Assembly (NCBI GenBank): GCA_944392625.1 | Contig: CALXXG010000107.1 | Coordinates: 1-54,269 of the forward strand | DNA: 54,269 bases | Direction: 5' to 3' | From: an uncultured Rickettsiales bacterium | Lineage (GTDB): Bacteria > Pseudomonadota > Alphaproteobacteria > Rickettsiales > UBA1997 | Shown: piece after piece, positions 40,767 through 48,895 of the stretch | How positions within the stretch are numbered: position 1 is the stretch's first letter | Layout of the letters: the number at the start of each line of letters is the position of its first letter | Position numbers and translations under genes: made by a program | The notes under the pieces: generated by a model | Database searches by the model: none | Told to the model about the DNA's origin: nothing | Seen by the model: the letters and a program-made list of their open reading frames with translations, nothing else

Positions 40767-42272
40767 TTAGAAATTTAAATCAATAAATGTTGTTCTTCCA
40801 TTGATAATATTAATTGTTTTTTCAAAAATTTTTTTATTATCTGAAAAAATTTTTAATATATATTCACCATTTTTAAGACGTAAACCACCCATTTGTATAT
40901 CAGATGCTAAAGTTGTCCAATATCTTATATCAGCCCTTGAAGTTTCATTTATTGCTTTTGAAGAAGCCGCAAATGCTGCAATAGCCCCTAATTTAGCAAA
41001 AGTATTATCTTGAGAATATAAAGCATACGCACTTGAAATTGCTGCTATATATTTTGCAGTAATTCTAGATACTATAGCAGCTTGAATAATAGCTGCCTTA
41101 TCATCTAAAGTTTTTTTTGCTATATCAGATAATGGCTCTATTAATGTTAAATCAGTAGAAGCTATTTCTTCATTATTCTTATTATAGACAACTGCTGTAA
41201 ATTTTCTTATTTCATTTACATTTTTTATCTCTGGAATTTCTATTAAAATATATGGTATTCCATTTTTTGATGATAATATTGTAGTTGCAAATATAAACAT
41301 ATCTTCTCCACCAGTTCCAAACAATACTAAAGGTAATGGTATTTCTAGATTTTTTACACTTTTTGGGGCTATTAAATTATCTTTTAAAAGAATAACAACA
41401 TTATCTTTTTTATATCTTTTAAGATTTTTACTACTTCTTGCTATAAATTTTTGTAAATCTTTTGAATACTTAGTTTCAACTATATAATCCTTTTTTAATT
41501 GTTGTAGATTTAAATTTGGCAATTTTTTAAAATCTTCATTAAACTTTTTACTTTTAGCATTAAAAATAGGATACATGTTATAATTTTGTAATAACAATTT
41601 ATCTGCATCTTTATATAATTGTAACGATATTTGTCTATCAGTAGAATCGTTAAATTCACTATGAATAAATGCACCCCATATTTTAGCCATCATATCATTT
41701 TTATATATATTTTCTCCAGCAGTTTCATTTTGCATATTTTTTAAAAGAGAGTCCCATTCTATAACTGAAGATCTAGCATAATTTAAATGAAACAGTCTTT
41801 CTGAATTTGTTAACTCTTTTTTTTGAATTATATTTCCTTTTTTATCATTATATTCTTCATAAAATCCCTGTTGGAAAATATTATAATTAATTAATGATAT
41901 ATAAAACCTTATTAAAGATCTTTCATATAGTTCTCCATAATAATCATCTAAATTAGCATCCCATCCGCTTTTTATTTTATTTTTTATGCTAATAGTATAA
42001 AGGTCATCGCTAATTTTTTTTGCATTTTCAAAATACTGTAATGCTTGATAATAATCACCCCTTAAATAATATACTGTTCCTGTTTCAAGATTTTTTAATA
42101 GTTTAGAATTTTCTTGTGGATAAAAATCTTTATTTTGTGTATTTTTTAATGCTGCATCATAATTTTTATTTTTTATATTTTGAGCTAATACTCCTGATAT
42201 CTCTCTATTTTTCATTGCTCCACTACAAGATATTAGAGAAGTTAATAATATTATATATAAAAATTTTTTCAT
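40767..42272 (-). CDS. putative lipoprotein with TPR-like N-terminal region
   Basis: Lipobox LLTSLISCSG, then YYLRGDYYQALQYFENAKKI (TPR-like). 501 aa. No confident family assignment. Confidence 0.6.
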   Translation of the reverse strand: MKKFLYIILLTSLISCSGAMKNREISGVLAQNIKNKNYDAALKNTQNKDFYPQENSKLLKNLETGTVYYLRGDYYQALQYFENAKKISDDLYTISIKNKIKSGWDANLDDYYGELYERSLIRFYISLINYNIFQQGFYEEYNDKKGNIIQKKELTNSERLFHLNYARSSVIEWDSLLKNMQNETAGENIYKNDMMAKIWGAFIHSEFNDSTDRQISLQLYKDADKLLLQNYNMYPIFNAKSKKFNEDFKKLPNLNLQQLKKDYIVETKYSKDLQKFIARSSKNLKRYKKDNVVILLKDNLIAPKSVKNLEIPLPLVLFGTGGEDMFIFATTILSSKNGIPYILIEIPEIKNVNEIRKFTAVVYNKNNEEIASTDLTLIEPLSDIAKKTLDDKAAIIQAAIVSRITAKYIAAISSAYALYSQDNTFAKLGAIAAFAASSKAINETSRADIRYWTTLASDIQMGGLRLKNGEYILKIFSDNKKIFEKTINIINGRTTFIDLNF

Positions 42273-42356
42273 TATTTATTGAAAAATCATTTACTAAACA
42301 AAAATCTAAATAATATTAAAAAAATTTCAATACTTATTTAAATCTAAAATAATATT

Positions 42357-42587
42357 TTGTTAATAATATTGTTAATAACTATGTTAATATCTTGTTTATA
42401 ATTCTGTTAATAAAAAGTTATTAACAGATTATATAATTTATTAACAGAATTATAAACATATTTGTTAATGAGAAAAATTTTTATTTTTTTATTAACAACT
42501 TGTTAATAACTATATTAAGATATTATTTTTAATGGATAATTTAAAAAAATTTATGTTAATAAAACTGTTAATAAATTTTTATTAACA
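42357..42587. repeat. iteron-like array of the 9-mer TGTTAATAA / TTATTAACA
   Basis: Forward copies start at 42357, 42369, 42381, 42404, 42500, 42553 and 42565. Variants are at 42392 (tgtttataa) and 42462 (tgttaatga). Reverse copies are at 42417, 42437, 42488 and 42578. The first five are spaced 11-12 bp apart. Palindromes ctgttaataa-N4-ttattaacag lie at 42403-42426 and 42564-42587. Confidence 0.85.
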
Positions 42588-42637
42588 GTTTTACAATTAT
42601 AATAACAATAATAATAAATAATAAAATATTAAATATT

Positions 42638-43558
42638 TTATTTTGTACGAACTCTATAGTTTTCTTTTTTTATTTGATTATTTTTTTGATTTTCAAGTTT
42701 TTCAATTTCTTTTAACTTATTTTTGTTAAATAAAAACTTATTCATTTCTTGATTGTTATTTGAAACAGATATAGACGACAGTCCATCAAGTTTTAAATTA
42801 TTTATAGACTGTACTTTATTTTGTTTTAATAAGCTAAAAGAATTTATTTTGTTATTAAAATTTTCAATGTTTTTACCTTTTGAAAAAATTTTATTAAGTT
42901 CTAATTTTAAATTATTAATTGCAAAAACTTTTGTATTTTGTAATATTTTCTTATCATCATTTAAAATAACTTTTTCTTCAGTTTTTAATTTAAAATCATC
43001 TTTTTGTTTAATTTCTAGAGATCTCTTATCATCAATATAGTTTATTTTATCTTTTTTATTTTTTCTTATTTTAAAGAAAGATAAAAATTTTGACTTTTTA
43101 TTTTCTTTTTGCTTTGATTTTACAGGAAATAGATCTAGTAATGTCATTTGCAAAATACCTTTTAAAGTTTTATTGTTATCTTTCTTTTGTTTTAATTTTT
43201 TTTGATTTTTCTTTAAATTTTTTATAATAGATCTTTTAAATTCTTTAGATATTTGTGAATTGCATGGTAATTGGCCAGTTCTTTTTATTTTATCTTTAAT
43301 TGATAATGTTTTATCATTAACGATTGAAATCACATTTAGTATTTCTTTTGAAATTTCGTTTGATTGTTCTTTTTTATTTGCATTTATTATTTTTTTATCT
43401 TCTTTTTCCTTTCTTCTTGTAATTGTTTCATTTTTTAATGTATTTTCATTAAGCTTTATTGAAATTATATGCTCTAATATATTATTAGATTGCTGATCAT
43501 ATATTTTATTTTGCGTATTGTATCTTTCAATAGATTGAATTACTCTGAGATGTTCCAT
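42638..43558 (-). CDS. hypothetical Lys/Asn-rich protein
   Basis: 306-aa highly basic low-complexity ORF with no TM or signal peptide. An internal repeat INNLKL occurs twice. No family recognised. Confidence 0.45.
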   Translation of the reverse strand: MEHLRVIQSIERYNTQNKIYDQQSNNILEHIISIKLNENTLKNETITRRKEKEDKKIINANKKEQSNEISKEILNVISIVNDKTLSIKDKIKRTGQLPCNSQISKEFKRSIIKNLKKNQKKLKQKKDNNKTLKGILQMTLLDLFPVKSKQKENKKSKFLSFFKIRKNKKDKINYIDDKRSLEIKQKDDFKLKTEEKVILNDDKKILQNTKVFAINNLKLELNKIFSKGKNIENFNNKINSFSLLKQNKVQSINNLKLDGLSSISVSNNNQEMNKFLFNKNKLKEIEKLENQKNNQIKKENYRVRTK

Positions 43559-43560
43559 AG

Positions 43561-43597
43561 TATAATACTTATATAATTAAATTATATAAGTATTATA
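43561..43597 (-). terminator. AT-rich perfect palindrome between ssb and the Lys-rich ORF
   Basis: tataatacttatataatt-a-aattatataagtattata (18-nt arms). It could be the ssb terminator or an operator for the downstream ORF. Confidence 0.35.
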
Positions 43598-43649
43598 TGA
43601 CAATGTTTTAAAAAAACAAGTAAATAAATATTTATTAATAATGTATACA

Positions 43650-44132
43650 TTAAAATGGAATTGTATCATCTATTTTTTCGTCTATAAATTCACCGGCATC
43701 AACAATTTCTTTTTCCTCTTCTGGAAAATCTGATATTGGTTCGGTATCCATTGGTGAAGAATAACCGCTTGTAGATGATGATTTGCTATCTAATATTTGC
43801 AATGTAGCATTAAAACCTTGTAAAACTATTTCTGTAGTATATTTTTCTATACCATCATTTCCAACCCATTTTCTAGTTTGTAATGAACCTTCCAAATACA
43901 GCTTTGTACCTTTTTTTACATACATTTTTACTATATTTGCTAATCCTGGACTATAAACAACTATTCTATGCCATTCAGTTTTTTCTTTTCTTTCATGAGT
44001 TGTTTTATCTTTCCATGCGTCAGTAGTAGCTAAACTAAATGTTGCTATATCATTTCCATTGGTCATGGTTCTGATTTCTGGATCTCTTCCTACATTACCT
44101 ACTAAAATTACTTTATTAATTGCCATTTTCAT
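43650..44132 (-). CDS. ssb: single-stranded DNA-binding protein
   Basis: INKVILVGNVGRDPEIR, WHRIVVY, and an acidic C-terminal tail ending DDTIPF. An alternative start is Met3 at 44126. Confidence 0.95.
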   Translation of the reverse strand: MKMAINKVILVGNVGRDPEIRTMTNGNDIATFSLATTDAWKDKTTHERKEKTEWHRIVVYSPGLANIVKMYVKKGTKLYLEGSLQTRKWVGNDGIEKYTTEIVLQGFNATLQILDSKSSSTSGYSSPMDTEPISDFPEEEKEIVDAGEFIDEKIDDTIPF

Positions 44133-44339
44133 TTTTTAAATTAATTATATATACAACTTTTAAAGTTTAAAAAATAAAAATCAAGATAATTATAAAAAAT
44201 AAATTTTATAATTACTTTGCTAAAAATAATTAGTATTATTTTAATATTTTAAGGAATAAGTTGAAATCATTTAATTTTTTTATTGTAAATTAATAATATT
44301 AATTATAATGTAAAACAAGTATATATAATTCAAATACTT

Positions 44340-45668
44340 ATGATTGAATTTAAAAAACAAAAAAAATCTTTAAATGGAGAAATTGTTGTTCAAGGAGATA
44401 AAGAAATTTCTATTTTTTCTGTTATTTTATCAAGTATTGCTAATGGGAAAAGTAAGTTATATGGGCTTTTAGAATCGCAACAAATTTTAAATTTAATAGA
44501 TATCATGAAACAGCTTGGTATAGATATATATAAAGAAAATAATTATTGGGTTGTTAATGGTCAAGGAATTAATGGTTTAAAAGAACCAATAAATACTATA
44601 GATGTTAAAAAATATATAGATACATTATATTTATTAATTGGACTTTTGTCGTCTTATGAATTTAAATTATTTTTTAAAGGTGATGACTGTTTGTCTAATA
44701 TTGATTTAAATAATATTTTAGATATTTTTAAATCTTTAAATGTTAGTTTTTGTTGTAGAAATGATAATAATTTACCATTTTTAATGATTGGCAATAATGA
44801 AGAACAATTAAAATATGATGTTTTAGAGTATAATTCTATATTAAAGAATGTTTTATTACTTTCATGTTTAAATATAGAAAAAAACAATATAATAAAAGAA
44901 AAAGAAAAATCAAGAAATCATTTAGAAATTTTAATGAAATACTTTGGTATTATATTTGAGGAACATGATATAGGAAATAAAGAAAATTTATCTACAAAAA
45001 TTGGAAGAGAAATTTCAATTAAAGGGTATCAAAACTTTGGAGCTAAAGATATAAGTATTCCATCGGATATTTCATTTTCATCGTTTATTGCAATTTTAGC
45101 TATATTGATTTCTTCATCTGATATAATTTTAAGAAATGTTTTAATGAATAGATATAGAGATGCTTTTTATAGAACATTAATTGATATGGGAGCAAATATT
45201 ACATTTATTAATCAAAAAATTATATGTGGTGAAAAAGTTGCTGATATTAATGTAAAATTTGGAAAATTAAAAGATACAATAATTCCGGCAAATAGATTAA
45301 ATAAAATGTTATTTGAGTTTCCAATGTTGATTTTAATATCTGCTCTTTCAAGAAAGAATATAGAAATTCAAGGAATAGATATAGTAAAAAATAAAAATAT
45401 AAATGATTATAATTTTATATTAAATACATTAAAAGAGTTAAATGTAAATTGTGAAGAATATAATAACTCTTTAAAAATAAATGGTAAATCAATTGATTTA
45501 AGTAAAGAAATTAAAATAAATGATGATGTTAAAAATCCTAATATAATATTATCTTTTGGATTGTTTGGATTATTTTTAAGTAAAAGTATAAAAATTAATA
45601 AAAGTATTGAGGATTATTTTCCTAATTTATTACAATTTTTACAAAGTATTAATATTAATGTAAAATAG
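44340..45668 (+). CDS. aroA: 3-phosphoshikimate 1-carboxyvinyltransferase homolog, highly divergent (possibly non-catalytic)
   Basis: 442 aa. The N-terminal GEIVVQGDKEISIFSVILSSIANGKSKLYGLLESQQILNLIDIMKQLGIDI follows the EPSP synthase pattern (PGDKSISHR...L..G.....G.L..eD). The LGNAGTA, KETDR and DHR motif positions are substituted. Confidence 0.65.
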   Translation: MIEFKKQKKSLNGEIVVQGDKEISIFSVILSSIANGKSKLYGLLESQQILNLIDIMKQLGIDIYKENNYWVVNGQGINGLKEPINTIDVKKYIDTLYLLIGLLSSYEFKLFFKGDDCLSNIDLNNILDIFKSLNVSFCCRNDNNLPFLMIGNNEEQLKYDVLEYNSILKNVLLLSCLNIEKNNIIKEKEKSRNHLEILMKYFGIIFEEHDIGNKENLSTKIGREISIKGYQNFGAKDISIPSDISFSSFIAILAILISSSDIILRNVLMNRYRDAFYRTLIDMGANITFINQKIICGEKVADINVKFGKLKDTIIPANRLNKMLFEFPMLILISALSRKNIEIQGIDIVKNKNINDYNFILNTLKELNVNCEEYNNSLKINGKSIDLSKEIKINDDVKNPNIILSFGLFGLFLSKSIKINKSIEDYFPNLLQFLQSININVK

Positions 45669-45671
45669 TTT

Positions 45672-46190
45672 ATGACTGAAAATGTTATTCTTGTTGATAT
45701 AAATGATAATAAAATTGGGTTAATGGAAAAAATTGAAGCCCATAAAAAAGGGTTGCTTCACAGAGCATTTTCTGGCTTTGTTTTTAATAATAATCATGAA
45801 CTATTATTACAGAGAAGAGATTTTAAAAAATATCATAATGGCGGATTATGGTCAAATACTGTTTGTAGTCATCCACGAGAAAATGAAAGTACAAAAAATG
45901 CTGTTGAAAGAAGAATTTTTGAAGAATTGGGGTTTCATGCAAATTTTGAAGAAATTGGGTCATTTGTATATAAAATTTCTTTTTCAAACGGTTTAACAGA
46001 ATATGAATATGACCACATTTTTGTTTCACAATTTAAAGATCAAAAAATAATACCAAATAGAAAAGAAGTATGCGATTATAAATGGATCAAGAGAGAAGAA
46101 TTGATAAAAGAAATTAACCAAAATGCAGATAATTTTACATTTTGGTTAAAAAAGATATTAGAGTTAGACCTATTTAACAATTATTTTTAG
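45672..46190 (+). CDS. idi: isopentenyl-diphosphate delta-isomerase, type 1
   Basis: GLLHRAFSGFVFN...LLLQRR...KYHNGGLWSNTVCSHP (catalytic Cys), Nudix-like RRIFEELG, TEYEYDHIF (catalytic Glu region). Confidence 0.85.
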   Translation: MTENVILVDINDNKIGLMEKIEAHKKGLLHRAFSGFVFNNNHELLLQRRDFKKYHNGGLWSNTVCSHPRENESTKNAVERRIFEELGFHANFEEIGSFVYKISFSNGLTEYEYDHIFVSQFKDQKIIPNRKEVCDYKWIKREELIKEINQNADNFTFWLKKILELDLFNNYF

Positions 46191-46708
46191 TTTAATTTTT
46201 TTAAATCTTCAACTAAGAAATATTCTGAAATTTCCATCAAACCATATATAACCATATAAGTTCCAATAATTATAGCTATAGTTAATACGCCAGCTGATGG
46301 GTTTATTAATATTATTGCAGAGAATATTAAACCTAAAATACCGGATATTAATGGATAAATCCAGAAGGAAATATTCATTTGTTTAAATCTAATAGATGTA
46401 ATAATTTGAATAATACTGCTAAATAATATCCATAATCCTAAAATAATAGCTAAAGTAGTTGCAACAAATGCACCATGACTTACTAATATAATTCCAATTA
46501 TTAAATTAATAGCACCATAGGTTATATATTTTATATCTCTAACTCTAAAAAATTCAATTATATAAGCACCACCAACTAAAATAAATAAAATTCCTAAATA
46601 CAAAGAAACAAGAATTAATGTATCAAGTGGATGAAACCAAATATAAAATCCTGTTAATGTTATTAATGCTCCGATTATTAAATCTAAGATATTACTTTTT
46701 TTCAACAT
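46187..46708 (-). CDS. HdeD-family (DUF308) membrane protein
   Basis: 173 aa with six short TM helices showing the repeated DUF308 pattern (...GILFILVGGAYII..., ...GLWILFSSIIQI..., ...GTYMVIYGLMEI...). Confidence 0.65.
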   Translation of the reverse strand: MLKKSNILDLIIGALITLTGFYIWFHPLDTLILVSLYLGILFILVGGAYIIEFFRVRDIKYITYGAINLIIGIILVSHGAFVATTLAIILGLWILFSSIIQIITSIRFKQMNISFWIYPLISGILGLIFSAIILINPSAGVLTIAIIIGTYMVIYGLMEISEYFLVEDLKKLN

Positions 46709-46894
46709 AATAAACTCCTTTATAATTATAAGTTGTGTTTATAGAATAAGTTTTTATTTTTAATATGTAAAGAAATATTTTATATAAATTGATATTTAAT
46801 ATAAAAAATACTTGAAATTATATATTTCAAGTTATAAACCTAAAATATATATTTAGTATTTTATATATTTTTTATTAAATTTTTTTAAAATCAC

Positions 46895-48367
46895 ATGTTA
46901 AATATTTTATTATTTATTTCTAATGTTTTTGATACAATTTTTTCATATGAAATTTTTGGTTTTCCTCTTTTAGTTATTTGGTTGTTAAGTGCTGCTTTAT
47001 TTTTATCATTTAAATTGGGATTTCCAAATATAAAATATTTTAAACATGGTTTAGACGTTGCTTTGCATAATAAATATTATTCTCCAGACGATCGTGGAGA
47101 AATTACGCCAAGACAAGCTTTATTTACTTCTATCTCTGGTTCAATAGGATTAGGTAGTATAGCCGGTATTGCAGTTGCAATAGCTACTGGAGGTCCTGGT
47201 TCTTTAGTTTGGATGATTATAATGGCTTTTTTTAGTATGAATACAGTTTTTGCAGAAACAACTTTGTCTCAAACTTATAAAAAAGTTGAAGCGGATGGAA
47301 AAATAAATGGTGGTCCTTTTAGATATTTAAGATATGGACTTGAGGATATTGGTTATAGAAGATTTGGTACAATACTATCCAAGTTTTTTAGTTTTATGTT
47401 AGTTTTTGGATCTTTAGGTAGTGGTATGTTTCAAGTTAATCAGGCCATAAACACTATTACTGATTATCAAGTATTCTCAAGTTTAAAAATTATTCTTGGT
47501 GGTGCTTTTGCATTACTTGCATTTTATATGCTGTTTAGTGGTGTTAAAGCAATTTCTAAAATAATTGAAAAATTAGTACCTATTATGGCTATTTTATATA
47601 CAATATGTGCAATAGCTATTTTAAGCGTAAACTTTAAAAATTTTTTACCATCTATAAAACTTATATTTAATAGTGCTTTTAATTTTAAAGCTTTTTCTGG
47701 TGCGTTGATTGGAACTATGGTAGTTGGTATAAAAAGATTTGCTTTTTCAAGTGAGGCGGGATTGGGTACAACTTCTATTGCGCATGCAGTTGCAAAAACA
47801 AAAGAACCTGTTAGACAGGCTTCAATTGCTAGTTTAACACCAATGATTACTATGTTTTTTTGCTTTTTAACAGGACTAATAATTATTATAACAGGGGCAT
47901 TTAATACTGGTACAGAAGGCGTTATAATGACAAAGATGGCATTTTTAAGCGTATCATCATGGTTTCCTGTTTTGTTATCAATTACTATTGTTTTATTTGC
48001 ATTATCAAATATGTTAAGCTATTCATTTTATGGACAGTCTGCTTGGAGAAGTTTTTTTAAAAATAAATGGACTATATTATTTAATTTAATATATGCTGGT
48101 GCAATGTTTGCTTCATCTGTAGCTGATTTAAATACAATAGTAAAAATTGCCGATACATTTGTATTGAGCATGGCGATACCTAACCTAATAGGTGTATTTA
48201 TGTTGAGTAGCTTAGTAAAAAGAAAGATAAAACATTATGACGATAGATTAAAAGCTGGTGTATTTGATAGAAGAGAAAATATATTTAAAAAGATATGGAT
48301 TAAATTAATTCATTATATTGAAAGAATTAAGGCAAGATTTGATAAAAAATCAAATGATGAATTTTAA
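46895..48367 (+). CDS. alanine/glycine:cation symporter (AGCS) family transporter
   Basis: ITPRQALFTSISGSIGLGSIAGIAVAIATGGPGSLVWMIIMAFF and AFSSEAGLGTTSIAHA are AGCS signatures. Confidence 0.9.
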   Translation: MLNILLFISNVFDTIFSYEIFGFPLLVIWLLSAALFLSFKLGFPNIKYFKHGLDVALHNKYYSPDDRGEITPRQALFTSISGSIGLGSIAGIAVAIATGGPGSLVWMIIMAFFSMNTVFAETTLSQTYKKVEADGKINGGPFRYLRYGLEDIGYRRFGTILSKFFSFMLVFGSLGSGMFQVNQAINTITDYQVFSSLKIILGGAFALLAFYMLFSGVKAISKIIEKLVPIMAILYTICAIAILSVNFKNFLPSIKLIFNSAFNFKAFSGALIGTMVVGIKRFAFSSEAGLGTTSIAHAVAKTKEPVRQASIASLTPMITMFFCFLTGLIIIITGAFNTGTEGVIMTKMAFLSVSSWFPVLLSITIVLFALSNMLSYSFYGQSAWRSFFKNKWTILFNLIYAGAMFASSVADLNTIVKIADTFVLSMAIPNLIGVFMLSSLVKRKIKHYDDRLKAGVFDRRENIFKKIWIKLIHYIERIKARFDKKSNDEF

Positions 48368-48380
48368 AATTAAAATAAAA

Positions 48381-48408
48381 AATTAAGTAGAAAAAATCCT
48401 ACTTAATT
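48381..48408 (+). terminator. rho-independent terminator of the AGCS transporter gene
   Basis: aattaagtag-aaaaaatc-ctacttaatt followed by ttttt. Confidence 0.65.
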
Positions 48409-48410
48409 TT

Positions 48411-48876
48411 TATATCCATAAATCCCTCCTATACTTATTTATTATTCACTTTAGCTTTAGTGATAAAATAATACGACGTAGTTGCATTCCATTTTGTTTT
48501 TATTATTATTGTATGGTTTATTCTTGTAAAAATACTCAATTTCATTTTGCAAACATCACCCATAACTCATCCAATTGGAATGCAAGCATTCCATTGTCTG
48601 ACATTTATGGTTTGTTGTTCCTTTAGCAAACTGTGGGCATGAGTTGTTAAACTCTCAAACAAGCTTGGACTTTAGCAACTCATGTCTGTGATTTACCCGA
48701 CTAAAAGGATGAAAAACAGAGCTAGATGTTATGTTTCTGACTAAAAAAATGTAATATTTATATCAAAATTTAACAACTTACGGGCTAGGTACTCTTATCC
48801 ACAAATGCAATGAGTGGTTGGAAACAAGTATTGCTGAATGAAAAAGAAGAACCACCAGCTTAGCTGGTGGGTTACT
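48411..48876. repeat. mosaic GC-enriched intergenic element R3 (paralog of R1 and R2)
   Basis: Contents in order:
- Reverse-complement modules C and B (48436-48550).
- Core in forward orientation: hairpin ggaatg-caag-cattcc (48577-48592), box ctgacatttatgg (48598-48610), stem catgagttg/caactcatg (48638-48646 / 48676-48684).
- Two forward A-like copies (48689-48712, 48794-48843).
- M1 hairpin (48852-48870). Confidence 0.85.
48852..48870 (-). terminator. rho-independent terminator of the EF-hand gene (also module M1 of R3)
   Basis: On the minus strand, ccaccagc-taa-gctggtgg is followed by ttcttctttttc, 26 nt after the 48896 stop. Confidence 0.7.
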
Positions 48877-48895
48877 ATTTTAATAAATCAAAATA

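Noticed and set aside
42357-42587. The TGTTAATAA array considered as a CRISPR array or as a canonical oriC.
   Set aside because: It is not a CRISPR array: the units are 9-12 bp with no unique spacers of about 30 bp, and there are no cas genes. It is not a canonical oriC: it has no TTATCCACA boxes and none of the hemE, dnaA or parA context typical of alphaproteobacterial origins. The origin idea is kept only as a low-probability alternative in the finding.
46810-46832. Hairpin acttgaaat-tatat-atttcaagt between the divergent hdeD-like and AGCS genes, considered as a glycine riboswitch or attenuator.
   Set aside because: The spacer is almost pure A/T with no glycine-riboswitch-like conserved GGAGAG/CACCG elements. 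A single 9-bp AT-rich stem is not enough to call a regulatory RNA.
48399-48419. 6-codon mini-ORF (MDIKIK) on the minus strand, preceded by a strong SD-like AGGAGGG (48424-48430). A similar ATGGATACAAAAAT occurs at 39898 in R2.
   Set aside because: The SD is absent in R2 and the ATG is absent in R1 (agggatataataat). The peptide length differs (6 versus 14 codons), and the ORF overlaps a terminator stem. The conservation is more simply explained as part of repeat module C. The plus-strand CCCTCCT could also be read as an anti-SD-like sRNA motif, but there is only one copy.
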